A stretch of 64,000 bases of DNA, from contig NW_026948140.1 of assembly GCF_963921235.1 (NCBI RefSeq), positions 1 through 64,000 on the forward strand, given 5' to 3'. Of this stretch, positions 15,001 through 28,135 are shown in pieces (positions within the stretch are counted from its first letter, which is position 1; the number at the start of each line of letters is the position of its first letter). This DNA comes from Mobula hypostoma. Lineage: Eukaryota. Position numbers and translations under genes: made by a program. The notes beneath the pieces were generated by a model. The model was not told where the DNA came from, made no database searches, and saw only the letters and a program-made list of their open reading frames with translations.

Positions 15001-15100
15001 CAGTTGGGTTGGACGAGGTGGACAGTTGGGTTGGACGAGGTGGACAGTGGGGTTGGACGAGGTGGACAGTTGGCTTGGATGAGGTGGACTTTCGAGTTGG
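1..15100. repeat. Homogeneous 22-bp tandem satellite, consensus GGACGAGGTGGACAGTTGGGTT
   Basis: Hundreds of head-to-tail copies read directly. Recurrent variants are CAGTGGGGTT, CAGTTAGTTT, CAGTCAGGAT and GGACAAGG. The array runs off the window start. Confidence 0.99.
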
Positions 15101-15907
15101 ATTATGTGGTCGGTTGTGATGGATGAGTTGGGCAGTTGGGTTGGCGGAGTGACAAATTGAATGGATGAGGTGGTCAGTCAGTATGGAGGAAATAGGTGAT
15201 TAGGATGGACATTCGGGATAGATTATGTGTGTAGTTGGAAGAGACAAAGTGGACATTCGGGATGGACGAGGTAGGTGATCGAGTTGGAGAAGGTGGGTGG
15301 TCGGGATGGACAAGATATTCAGGATGGACTAGGTGGAAATTTGGAATGGTTGAAATAGGTAGTATGGACGAGATAATCAATTGGAATGCACGGCGTAGAT
15401 GGCTGAGATTGATGAGGTAGGCGGTCGGGATGGATGAGGTGGAGAGCCTGGATGGACGAGTAGGACAGTCACAAAAGAAGAGGTTGGCAGTGGGGATCCA
15501 CAAGGTGGACAGTCGTGAGGGAAGAGGTGGGCAGACTGGATGGATGACGTTGGCAGTTGGGATGTACGACATAAATGGTTGGAGGGGATGAGGTAGGCAG
15601 TTGGGATGGATGTGTTGGACAGTCAGGCTGGACAAGGTGAACAGTCAAGTTGGATGATGTGGCCGGTCAGAATAGACAAGGTGCACAGTTTAGGTGGTTG
15701 AGAGGGATGAGGTAGGTGGTTGGGATGGATGAGATGGACAGTCAAGTTGGATGACATGGCCAGTTGGGATGGATGAGGTGGGCATTAGGGGTGGACAAAT
15801 TGGACAGATGGAATGGATGAGTTGTACAGACAGAATTGAGGAAGTGGGCAGTCAGGATGGATGAGGTAGATGGTCAGGATGGATAAGGTGGACACTCGAG
15901 TTGGATA

Positions 15908-16590
15908 ACATAAGACCATAAGACCATAAGATATAGGAGCAGAAGTAGGCCATTCGGCCCATCGAGTCTGCTCTGTCATTCAATCATGGGCTGATCCAAT
16001 TCATCCAGTCATCCGAACTCCCCTGCCTTCTCCCCATACTGTTTGATGCCCTGGCTAATCAAGAACCTATCTATCTCTTCCTTAAATACATCCAATGACT
16101 TGGCCCCACAGCCACTTGTGGCAACAAATTCCACAGATCTACCACCTTCTGACTAAAGTAATTTCTCCGCATCTCAGTTCTAAATGAACAACCTTCAAAC
16201 CTGAAGTCATGCCCTCTTGTCCTAGACTCCCCTACATGGGAAAAAACTTTGTCATATCTAATCTGTTCAGGCCTTTTAACATTCAGAATTTTTCTATGAG
16301 ATCCAGAGAATACAGCCCAAGAGCTGCCAGATGTTCCTCTTACAGTAACCTATTCATTCCTGGAATCATTCTCGTGAATCTTCTGTGAACCCTCTCCAAT
16401 GTCAGGATATCCTTTCTAAAATAAGGAGCCCAAAACTGCACACAATACTCCAAGTGTGGTCTCACGAGTGCCTGATAGAGCCTCAACATCACATCCCTGC
16501 TCTTATATTCTATACCTCTAGAAATGAATGCCAACTTTGCATTCACCTTCTTCACCACTGACTCAACTGAGAGGTTAACATTTAGGGTAT
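15908..16590 (-). mobile_element. CR1 LINE 3' fragment (host of the next CR1; its last bases resume at 20042-20059)
   Basis: (CATAAGAC)n tail on +; minus-strand ORF2 C-terminus RPHLEYCVQFWAP...RRFTRMIPG; the coding sequence LVQDT|LNVNL continues at 20042-20059. Confidence 0.88.
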
Positions 16591-19500
16591 AAGACCATAA
16601 GACCATAAGACAAAGGAGCAGAAGTCGGCCATTTGGCCCATCAAGTCTGCCTCGCCATTTTATCATGAGCTGATCCATTCTCCCATTTAGTCGACTCCCC
16701 CGCCTTCACAACATAACCTTTGATGCCCTGGCTACTCAGATACCTATCAATCTCTGCCTTAAATACACCCAATGACTTGGCCTCCACTGCTGCCCGTGGC
16801 AACAAATTCCGTGTATTCACCACCCTCTGACTAACAAAATTTCTTCGCATTTCTGTTCTGAATGGGCGCCCTTCAATCCTTAAGTCATGCCCTCTCATAC
16901 TAGACTCCCCCATCATGGGAAACAACTTTCCCACATCCACTCTGTCCATGCCTTTCAACATTCGAAATGTTTCTATGAGGTCCCCCCTCATTCTTCTAAA
17001 CTCCAAGGAATACCGTCCAAGAGCGGACAAACGTTCCTCATATGTTAACCTTCTCATTCCCAGAATTATTCTAGTGAATCTTCTTTGTACCCTCTCCAAC
17101 GTCAGCACATCCTTTCTTAAATAAGGAGACCAAAGCTGCCCACAGTACTCCAAGTGAGGTCTCACCAGCACCTTATAGAGCCACAACATCACATCCCTGC
17201 TCCTAGACTCTATTCCTCTAGAAATGAATGCCAACATTGCATTCGCCTCCTTCACTACCGACTCAACCTGGAGGTTAACCTTAAGGGTATCCTGTACGAG
17301 GACTCCCAAGTCCCGTTGCATCTCCGAACTTTGAATTCTTTCTCCATTTAAATAATAGTCTGCCAGTTTATTATTTCTGCCAAAGTGCATAACCATACAC
17401 TTTCCAACATTGTACTTCATTTGCCACTTCTCTGCCCATTCTTCCAATATATCCAAGTCTCTCTGCAGACTCTCTGTTTCCTCAGCACTACCGGCCCCTC
17501 CACCTATCTTCGTATCATCAGCAAACTTAGCCATAAAGCCATCTATTCCATAATCCAAATCGTTGATGTACAATGTAAAAAGAAGCGGCCCCAACACAGA
17601 CCCCTGTGGAAAAACGGCAGCCAACCAGAATAGGATCCCTTTATTCCCACTCTCTGTTTCCTGCCAATCAGCCAACGCTCTATCCACGTATGTAACTTTC
17701 CCGTAATTCCATGGGCTCTTATTTTGTTAAGTAGCCTCATGTGTGGCACCTTGTCAAAGGCCTTCTGAAAATCCAAATGTACAACATTCATTACATCTCC
17801 CTTGTCTAGCCTACTGGTAATTTCCTCAAAAAATTGTAATAGGTTTGTCAGGCAGGATTTTCCTTTAAGGAATCCATGATGAGTTCTGCCTATCTTGTCA
17901 TATGCCTCCAGGTATTCTGTAACCTCATCCTTGATAATCGACTCCAACAACTTCCCAACCACCGGTGTCAAGCTAACAGGTCTATAATTTCCTTTTTGCT
18001 TCCTTGCCCCCTTCTTAAATAGCAGAGTGACATTTGCAATCTTCCAGTCCTCCGGAACTATGCCAGAACCTATCGACTTTTGAAAGATCATCGCTAATGC
18101 CACCGCAATCTCCACAACTACTTCCTTCAGAACACGTGGGTGCATTCTATTTGGTCCGGAAGATTTATCGACCTTTAGCCTATTCAGCTTCCTGAGTACT
18201 TTCTCTGTCGTAATTGTGACTGCGTACACTTCTCTTCCCTGCCGCCCTTGAGTGTCCAGTTTACTGCTGATGTCTTCCTCAGTGAAGACTGATGCAAAAT
18301 ACTCGTTCAGTTCCTCTGCCATCTCCTTATCTCCCATTACAATTTCTCCAGCGTCATTTTCTATCGGTCCTATGTCTACTGTCACCTGTCTTTTACTCTT
18401 TATGTACTTGAAAAAGCTTTTAGTATCCTCTTTGATATTATTTGCTAGCTTCCTTTCATAGTTAATCTTTTCCCTCTTAATGACCTTCTTGGTTTCCTTT
18501 TGTAAGGTTTTAAAATCTTCCCAATCCTCTGTCTTCCCACTAATTTTTGCTTCCTTGTATGCCCTCTCCTTTGCTTTAACTTTGGCTTTGACTTCTCTTG
18601 TCAACCACGGTTGCATCCTTTTTCCATTCGAAAATTTCTTCTTTTTTTGGAATATACCTGTCTTGCACTTCCTCACTTCTCGCATAAACTCCAGCCACTG
18701 CTGCTCTGCCGTCTTTCCTGCCAGTGTCCCTTTCCAGTCAACTTTGGCCAGTTCCTCTCCATTCCACTGTAATTTCCTTTACTCCATTGAAATACCAACA
18801 CATCAGATTTCGGCTTCTCTTTTTCAAATTTCACAGTGAACTCAATCATGTTATGATCACTGCTTCCTAAGGGTTCCTTCACCTCAATCTCTCTAATCAC
18901 CTCTGGTTCATTACACAATACCCAATCCCGTACAGCCGATCCCCTAGTGGGCTCAACAATAAGCTGTTCTAAAAACCCATCTCACAGACATTCTACAAAT
19001 TCTCTCTCTTGAGATCCAGTGCCGACCTGATTTTCCCAATCCACTCGCATGTTAAAATCCCCCACAATTATCATAACACTGCCCTTCTGACAAGCCTTTT
19101 CTATTTCCAGTTGTAATTTGTAGTCCACATCCCTGCAGCTGTTTGGAGGCCTATAAATAACTGCCATCAGGGTCCTTTTACCCCTGCTATTTCTTAGCTC
19201 AACCCATAAAGATTCTGCACCTTCCGATCCTATATCACTTCTTTCTAATGATTTAATATCATTTCTTAGCAATAAAGCCATGCCTTCCCTTCTGCCTACC
19301 TTCCTATCCTTCCGATACACCATGTATCCTTGGACGTTCAGCTCCCAGAGACATGCATCCTTCAGCCACGTCTCAGTGATGGCCACAATATCATACCTGC
19401 CAATCTGTAGCTGTACAACAAGATCATCCACCTTATTCCTTATGCTGCGTGCATTTAAGTACAACACCTTAAGACCAGTATTTGGTACTTTTCGCTTTGA

Positions 19501-20041
19501 TTTCACTGCAACTTTATTGCACTGCAACTCATCCCAATGGCTACAAATTTGCCCCATCACCTGCCTGTCTTTCCTGACATCTTTACTGCTCACTATCTTA
19601 GATTTATTTCTGTTTTCCCCTTTCCGCTCTGTCGTTCCGGTTCCCATCCCCCTGCCAAATTAGTTTAAACCCTCCCTAACAGCTCTATTAAACCTTCCCG
19701 CCAGGATATTGGTCCCCTTCGGGTTTAGGTGTAACCCGTCCTTTTTGAACACGTCATACTTCCCCCAGAAGAGATCCCAATGATCCAAGAATCTGAAGCC
19801 CTGCCCCCTGCACCAGTCTCTCAGCCACGCATTCATCTGCCTGATCCTACTATTCTTGTCCTGGCTAGCACATGGCACAGGTAGCAACCCCGAAATTACT
19901 ACCCTGGAGGTCCTGCTTCTCAGCTTCCCTCCTAACTCCCAGAAATCTCTCTTCAGGACCTCCTCATTTGTCCTATCTACATCATTGGTACCAACATGTA
20001 CCAAGACAATCGGCTGCTCACCCTCCCCCTTCGGATATTCA
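16591..20041 (-). mobile_element. Long 5'-truncated CR1 LINE (ORF1 esterase part, APE endonuclease, RT), frameshifted
   Basis: HVGTND...DGLHLN SGNH esterase (19660-20052); LNARSIRNK/ITETWL/GDFN APE (18982-19647); LDFQKAFDKV, PQGSVLGP and KFADD RT motifs; CATAAGAC tail. Confidence 0.95.
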
Positions 20042-23000
20042 GTATCTTGCACAAGGACTGAGTTGGTCGATGTGGCTGGTCAGGATGGATGAGGTGGACA
20101 GTTGGGGTGGACACATTGGACAGCTGGAATGGATGAGGTGGATGGTCAGTATGGAGGAAGTGGGCAATCGGCATTGGCAAGGTGGCCAGTTGGGACTGAT
20201 GAGGTGGACAGTTGAGTTGGACAGTGTGGCCACTTGGGATCGATGAGGTGGATGGTCAGAATGGAGGAAGTAGGCTGCCGGGATGGATGAGGTGGATGGT
20301 TGGGATGGACAAATGAGCAGTCAGGTTGGATAAAGTGGACAGAGGGAAGGGACTAGGTGGGAATGTAGGATGGATGAGGTGGACACTCATGCTGGATGAG
20401 GTGGTCAGTTAGAATGGGTGAGGTGGGCAGTCGGGTTGGATGTCAGGTCAGGATAGATGATGTGAACAGACAGGAGTGATAAGGTGGGCAGTCGATATAG
20501 ATAAAACGGACAGTTGAGATGGACAAGGTGGGCAGTTGGGTTAGACAAGGTAGGTGATTGGGAGGGATGAGTTGGACAGTCAGGTTGGACTAGGTGGGTG
20601 GTTGAGATGGATGAGGTGGGAGGTCAAGATGGACAAAGTGGGCAGTCAGGATGGATGAGGTGAAAAGTCAGATGGGATGTGGTGAACAGCCAGGATGGAT
20701 GATGTGGAGAGTCAGGATGGACGAGGTGGACCGATGGAATGGACAAGATGAACGGTTGGGATGGACGAGGTAAGCATTTGGGATCGGCAAATTGAACAGT
20801 CGGCATGGATGAGATGTGCAGTCGGCAAGAATAAGGTGGGCAGTCTAGAGGGACGTGGTGGAAGGTCGGGATGGAAGAGGTAGGCAGTCAGGATTGATGA
20901 GGAAGACATTTAAAATGGATGAGGTGGATAGTTGGCATGAACCAGGCAGGCAGTCAGGATGGACAAGGTGTGTGGTCAAGGTGGATGAGGTGAGCAGTCA
21001 GGAAGGATGTGGAGGACAGTTGGGAGGGATGAGGTGGACTGTTGGAATGTGGAATGGACAAGGTAGGCAGTCAGGATGGACAAGATGGACAGTTTGGAAG
21101 AGGTTGGCAGTTGGGATGGATAAGGTGGGTGGTCAGGAGGACAAGGTGGGCAGTCGGGATGGATCGGGGTGGGGCAGTTGTGATGGACAAGGTGGGCAGT
21201 CGGGATAGACAAGGTGGGCGGTCGAGATGGATGAGGGAACAATTGGGATGGATGGTGTGGGCAGTTGGGTTGGACAAAGTAGACATTTGGAATGGACGAA
21301 GTGAGCTGTTGGGATGGATGAAGTAAGCAGTTGGGAAGATGAGTGGAGAGTCATTGGATGATGTGGACAATCGGGATGGATAGCTAGAATAGACAAGCTG
21401 GATGGTTGGACTGGAAGAAGTGGGTGGTCAGGATAAAAAAGGTAGACATTTGGGGTGGCTGAGTCGAACAGTCAAGTGGGACAAGTTGGATGGTTGGGAT
21501 GGATGAGATGGGCAGTCTGGTTGGACGAGGTGGGCGGCTTGGATGGACAAAATTGGTGGTTAGGATGAATGAGATGGATTTTTGAGCTAGACGACGTGGA
21601 CAGTCAGGACAGATGAGGTGGATGGTCAGGGGGACGAGATGGGCAATCAAGATGAACAAGGTAAGTGGTTGGGATGGTTGAGGTATGTAGTCAGGATAAT
21701 TGAGGTGAACAATTGGGAGGTACATGTTGGATGGTCAAAGTGGATGGTGACTGGTCGGAATGGACAAGAGGGATGGTCGGGATGGGTGAGGTCAGCACTC
21801 GGGGTGGATGAGATGGACATTCAAAATGGACAAAGTGGAAGGTCGGGATGAAAGACACGAATGGTTGGGATGTACAACATGGATGGTCAGGAGAGACAAG
21901 GTGGGTGGTCGGAATGGATGAAGTGGACAGCTGGGATGAACGAGGTGGAAGGTTGGAAGGGAAGAGGTGGATAGTTGGGAGTGATAAGGTGGATGGTCAG
22001 GAGGGATGAGTTGGACAGTCAGGGAGGATGAGGTGAGTGGTCAGAATGGATGAGATAGACGGTTGCAATGGATGCCTTGGATAGTTGGGAAGGATGTGGT
22101 GGGGATTCAGGATAGACGAAGTGGACAGTGGAAGTGAAGTGGTTGGAGGTCGGTAGGAGAGATGTGGAGGACAGACAGGAGGGACGAGGTAGGTGGTTAG
22201 GATGGATGAGATGGATGGTCGGGATGGACGAAATCGGCAGCTGGGATGGACGAGGTGAACATTCAGGATGGACAAGTTTGGCGGTCAGAATGGAGAAGGT
22301 AGGCAGACAGGATGGACGTGTTTAGCAGTCAGGATTGAAGAGGTGAGCAGTCATGATCAACAATGTAGACAGTCAAGATGGATGAGGTGGACTGTTGAAA
22401 TAGACTAAGTGAATGGTTGGTATGGACGAGATGTATATTTGGGATGGATCAGGTGGATGGTTGGAATGGACAAAGTGGACAGTCGGTAGTCGGGAGTGAT
22501 GAGGTCGGGAGTCAAGATGGATGAGGTAGAAAGTCGGGATGGATGAGATGAGCAGTTGTTTTGAATGAATTGAACAGTCAGGATAGATGAGATAGACAGT
22601 TGGAAAGGATGAGGTTGGCAGTTGGGTTGGACGAGGTGGACAACAGTCTGTACAAGGTAGATGGTTGAGAGCGATGAAGTGGCAGTTGAGATGAATGAGG
22701 TGAAAAGTCAGGAAGGACGAGGTGGGTTGTCGGGTTGGATGAACTGGGCAGTCAGGGTGGAAGGTGGACGGTTGGGATGAACGAGGTGGACAGTCATGCT
22801 GGACGAAATGGGCAGTCAATTTGAATGAGTTGGGCTTTCAAGATGGATGAGGTGGACAGTCGTGAGCGATGAAGTGGACGGTTGGGATGTATGAAGTGGA
22901 TGGTCAGAATGGATGAGGTGGACGGTCAGGCTGAACCACTTGGACGGTTGGGATAATGAGGTCAGCAGTCAGGATGGACAAGGTGGATATTCATGCTGGA

Positions 23001-26000
23001 TGAGGTGAGCAGTTGGTATGAACAAGATGGATGGTCCAACTGGATGAGGTGGACCTTCAGGATGGACGATGTGAGCAGTCGGCAGAGGTGAGGTGGATAG
23101 TCTGGAGGGACATGGTGGGTGGTTGATTTTGGCAAGGTATGTGGTGGGAATGGACAATGTAGGCAGTCAGGATGAATGAGATGTGCGGTCGGGATGCATG
23201 AGGTGGGCAGTCAGGATGGACAAGAACCATCAGGAGAGACATGGAGGATGGTCAGGAGGGATGAGGTAGACCATCGGGATTGACAAGATGTACATTCAGC
23301 ATGGATGAGGAGAACGGTTGGGAGGGATGACGTGGAAGTGCAAGATATATGAATTGGATGTTCTGAATAGACAAGTAGACAATTGGAATAGTTGAGGTGG
23401 ACGATCAGGATGGATGACTTGGACAGTTGAGATGCATGAAGTGGGTGGTTGGGATGGACAAGGTGGAAAGTTGGCAGGGATGAGTTGGACAGTCCAAAAA
23501 AACAACATGGATGGTCGGGATGGGTGAGGTAGAGAGTCAGGATGGACGAGTCGGATGGTCAGGAGAGAAAGGTGAGCAGTTGAGATGGATGAGATGGGCA
23601 GTTGGGATGGACAAGATTGGTTGTCAGGTGTGATGAGGCAGAGAATCATGTTGGAAGATATGGTTAGTCAGGATAGACAAGATGGGTGGTTGGATTGGAT
23701 GATGGAGATGATTGGGATGGACAAGGTGGACAGTCATGCTGGACAAGGTGGGCAGCTGGAATGGATGAGGTGGACCTTCAGGATAGATGATGTGGGCAGC
23801 TGGGAAAGACGAAATGGAACATCTGGAGAGACATAGCGGGCATTCGATATCGGCAAGGTGTGAGGTTGGAATGGATGATGTAGAGGGTCAGGATAAACGA
23901 AGAGTGAGGTTGGGATGAATGAGGTGGACAGTCAGGATGGATGACTTGGACAGTTGTGATGGATAAGGTGGGAAATTGGGATGGACAAAGTGGACAGTTG
24001 GTACTCGGGAGTGACGAAATTGGTAGTTGAGATAGATGAGATGCGCAGTCAGGATGGACGAGGTGGGTGGTTGGGATGGACCAAGTGGGTGGTCGAGATG
24101 GACAAAATTGGCAGCTGGGATGGATGAGGTGGACATTCAGGATGGGCAAAGCTGGCGGTCAGAATGGAGAAGGTAGGTGGACAGGATGGATGTAGTAGGC
24201 ATTCAGGATTGATGATGATGTGGACAATCGCAATGGATGAGGTGGACTGTTGGGATTGATGAGATGTATATTCAGGATGGACGAGGAGAATGGTCAGGAG
24301 GGATGACGTGGAAGTATGGAATGTATGAGTTGGATGGTCTGAATAGACGAAGTAAACAGTTGGAATGGATGAGGTGGACGGTCAGGATGGATGACTTGGA
24401 CAAGTAGGAATGGATGAAGTGGAAAGTTAAGATGATGAGGTGGGCAGTCAGGATGGACGAGGAGGAGAATCTTGATCAATGAGGTGGACGGTTAGAAAGA
24501 ATGGGGTGGATGGTCAGGCTGAATGACTTGGACAGTTAGGATAATGAGGCCAGCAGTTGAGATGGATGAAATAGACATTCGTGAGTGACATGATTGGTAG
24601 TTGGGAAAGGTGAGGTGGACAGTCAGGAGAGACATAGTGGGCAGTAGATATTGACAAGGTATGTGGTGGGAATGGACAATGTAGGCAGTCAGGATGGACG
24701 AGAATGGTCAGGAGAGATGTGGAGGAAGGTCGGGAGGGACAAGGTGGACAGTTGGGAGGGACGAAGTGGGTAGTTGGGTGGTCGGAGGGACAAAGTTGGG
24801 AGTTGGGATGATGGGGTGGACATTCGGGATGGACAAGGAGGGTGGTCAGAATGGAGAAGGTAGCTGGATGGGATGGACAAGGTAAGCAGTCGGGATTGAT
24901 GAGGGGAGCAGTCACAATCGATGATATGAATGATCCAGATGAACGAGGTGGACAGTTGGAAGAGATGAGGCGGACAGTCAAGATGGACAACTTGGACAGT
25001 CGGTATGGAAGACGTGGAAGATGTGGATCAGGATGGACGAGGTGGACAGTTGGTTTGAATGAGGTGGGAAGTTGGGATGGACAAGGTGGACAATGAGACT
25101 GTATGAGCTGGATGGTCAGGAGGGACGAAGTGGCTAGTCAGGTTGGACAAGGTGGACAGTCGGGATGGACAAGGTGGGCAGTCAGGATGGACAAGTTGGG
25201 CAGAAAGGATGTTCGAGGTGAACATTCGGGAGAGACATGGAGAATGGTGGGGATGGATAGGGTGGGAAGTTGGGATGGATGAGGTGGGCAGTCAGATTGG
25301 ACAAGGAAGTTGGTCAGGAGGAATGACGTGGACAGTTAGGATGTACAAGGTGAATGGTCAGGAGGGACGAGGCAGGCTGTCAGGATGGACGAGCTGGACA
25401 GTTGGAATGAACAAGGTGGGTGGTTGGAATGGATGAGAAGTTCAGCCAGGATGCACGAGGGAGACCATTCCGAACGCACGAGGGAGATAATCCAGATGGA
25501 TGAGGTGGACAGAGGAAGTGCAGAGTTGGGTTGAATGAGGTTCAGAGTCAGGATAGACGTGGTGGACGGTTGGAATGGCTGAAGTAGACAATCGGGATGG
25601 AAAAAGTCGGCAGTCAGGATGGACTATGTGGATAATCAGACTTATGAAGTGGATGGCAGGGAGGGACGAAGTGGATGGTTGGGATGTATGAGCTGGAAGG
25701 TCGGAAAAGACGAGATGGGTAATCAGGATGGATGAGGGAGAAAGTCAGAATGGACAAGGTGAGTGGTCAGAATGGATGAGATGGACGGTCAGAATGGATG
25801 ACTTGGACAGTCAGAAATGACGAGGTCGATAGACAGGATGGATGAACTAGAAAGCTGGGATGGATGAGGTAGACAGTCATGCTGGATGAGTTAGGCAGTT
25901 GTTTTGAACGAGGTGGGCGGGCAGGAGGGATATTGTGCGTGGTCAATATCAACAAGGCGTGTTGTTGGAATGGGCAATGTGGGCAGTCAGGCTGAATGAG

Positions 26001-26696
26001 GTGTGCAGTCAGGATGGACAAGGTGAACAGTTGGGAGAGATGTGGAGGATGGTTGGGAGGGATGAGGTGGGCAGTTGGGACAGATTGGGTAGTCAGGATG
26101 AAATTGGAAGTTTGGATGGATGAGGTGGACATTCGGTATGGTCAAGGTGGCTGGGAAGAATAGAGAAGGTAGGTTGGTGAGATGGACGATGACGGCATTC
26201 AGGATTGATGAAGGGGGAAGTCAGGGTGGATGAGGTGGTAGGTGTGATGAACAGTTAACCATTGGGATATACAAGGTGGAAAGTTGGGAGGGACAAGGAG
26301 GGTAGTTGGGATGAACAAGTTGGGCTATCGACGATATGGATGATCCAGATAGATGAGGTGGACAGTCAGGATAGATGAGGTGCATATTCAGGATGGATGA
26401 GAAGGACGGTCAGGAGGGATGAAATTTACATACAGAACGTATGGGTTGGATAGTCGGAATGGACAAGGTTGTCAGTCAGAGTGGATAATGTGGATGATTG
26501 GGGTGGATGAAGTCGGCAGTTGGGATGGACGAGGTGAATGGTTAGAATGGATGAGGTGGACAATCAGACTGCATGAGGTGGACATTTGGGGGATATGAAG
26601 TGGATGGTTGGGTTGTACGAGGTGGAAAGTTGGCACAGACGAGGTGAACAGTCAGGTTGGATGAGATAGACAGTTGGGATAGAAGAGGTGAACAGT

Positions 26697-27491
26697 CATA
26701 GAAACATAGAAAGACTACAGCACAATACAGGCCCTTCGGCTCACAATGCTGTGCCAAACATGTATTTACTTTAGAAATTGCCTAGAATTACTCATAGCCC
26801 TCTATTTTTCTAAGCTCCATGTACCTATCCAGAAGTCTCTTAAAGGACCCTATTGTATCTGCTTCCACTACTGTTACCGGCCCCCCCGTTCCACGCACTC
26901 ACCACTCTCTGCATAAAAAACTTAACCCTAACATCTCCTCTGTACCTACTCCCCAGCACCTTAAAACTGTGCCCTCTCGTGTTAACCATTTCAGCCCTGG
27001 GAAAAAGCTGCTGACTATCCACACGATCAATGCCTCTCATCATCTTATACACCTCTATCAGGTCACCTCTCATCCTCCGTCGCTCCAAGGAGAAAAGGCC
27101 GAGTTCACTCAACCTATTCTCAGAAGGCATGCTCCCCAATCCAGGTAACATCCTTGTAAATCTCCTCTGCACCCTTCCTATAGTTTCCACATCGTTCCTG
27201 TAGTGAGGCGACCAGAACTGAGCACAGTACTCCAAGCGGGATCTGACCAGGGTCCTATATAGCTGCAACATTACCTCTCGGCTCCTAAACTCAATTGCAT
27301 GATTGATGAAGGCCAATACACCGTATGCCTTCTTAACCACAGAGTCAACCTGTGCAGCAGCTTTGAGTGTCCTATGGACTCAGACCCCAAGATTCCTCTG
27401 ATCCTCCACACTGCCAAGAGTCTTACCATTAATACTACATTCTGCCATCATATTTGACCTACTAAAATGAACCACCTCACACGTGTCTGGG
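26697..27491 (-). mobile_element. CR1 LINE 3' fragment inserted in degenerate satellite
   Basis: CATAGAAA tail; ORF 26840-27340 contains LEYCAQFWSPHY...RGDLIEVYK...TRGHS. Confidence 0.92.
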
Positions 27492-28135
27492 TGTCAGTCG
27501 TGCTGAATGAAGTGGGCAGTTGGTTTGAATGAGTTTGGCAGTCAGGATGGTTGAGGTGTACATTCGAGATGGACGAGGTGGACAGTCGGGAGGGACGAGT
27601 TCAGCGGTTGACATCAACAAGGTGGGTAATTGGGCTAGACATGGTAGGTGGTCGGGATGGACAAGATGTGCAGTTGTGATGGATGAGCTGGACTTTTGGA
27701 ATGGACAAGGTGAACAGTCAGGAAAAATGTGGAGGATGGTCAGGAGGGACAAGGTGGACAGTTGAGATGGACAAGGTAGACAGGAGGGATAATGTGGACA
27801 GATAGGATATACGAGTTTGATGCTCGTGTTGGACGAGGTGGATGGTCAAGTTGGATGAGGTGGGCAGCTGGTTTGGATGAGTTGGACAGCTGGAATGGAC
27901 AAGGTGGATGGTCAGAATGAAGGTAGTGGGTAGTCTGTATAGACCAGGTGGACAGTCGGGATTGACGAGGTGGAGGGTTGAGATCAATGAGGTGGATGGT
28001 CAAGATAAATGAGTTGTACAGTTGAAAGGAATGAGGATGGTAGTTGGGATGGATGAGGTGGACATTCATGCTGGGCAAGGCTTGCAGTCAGATTTGACGG
28101 GATAGATGAGTTAGGCAGTCAGGATGGACGATGTG

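Larger units (their letters stand above)
15101..28135. repeat. Degenerate (older) layer of the same 22-bp satellite, interrupted by CR1 insertions
   Basis: Monomers such as GGATGAGGTGGACAGTCAGGAT persist with heavy divergence at 15101-15907, 20060-26696 and 27492-28135. Confidence 0.93.

Noticed and set aside
7..15119. Long ORFs (up to 936 aa) of GWTRWTVGLDEVDS / PPRPTQLSTSSN repeats
   Set aside because: All six frames are open because the 22-mer lacks stops. Indels and stop-creating variants occur freely, so there is no sign of coding constraint.
1..28135. CRISPR array or telomeric repeat
   Set aside because: There are no unique spacers or cas genes and the context is eukaryotic. There are no TTAGGG runs, and the G-rich strand points away from the window's left end.
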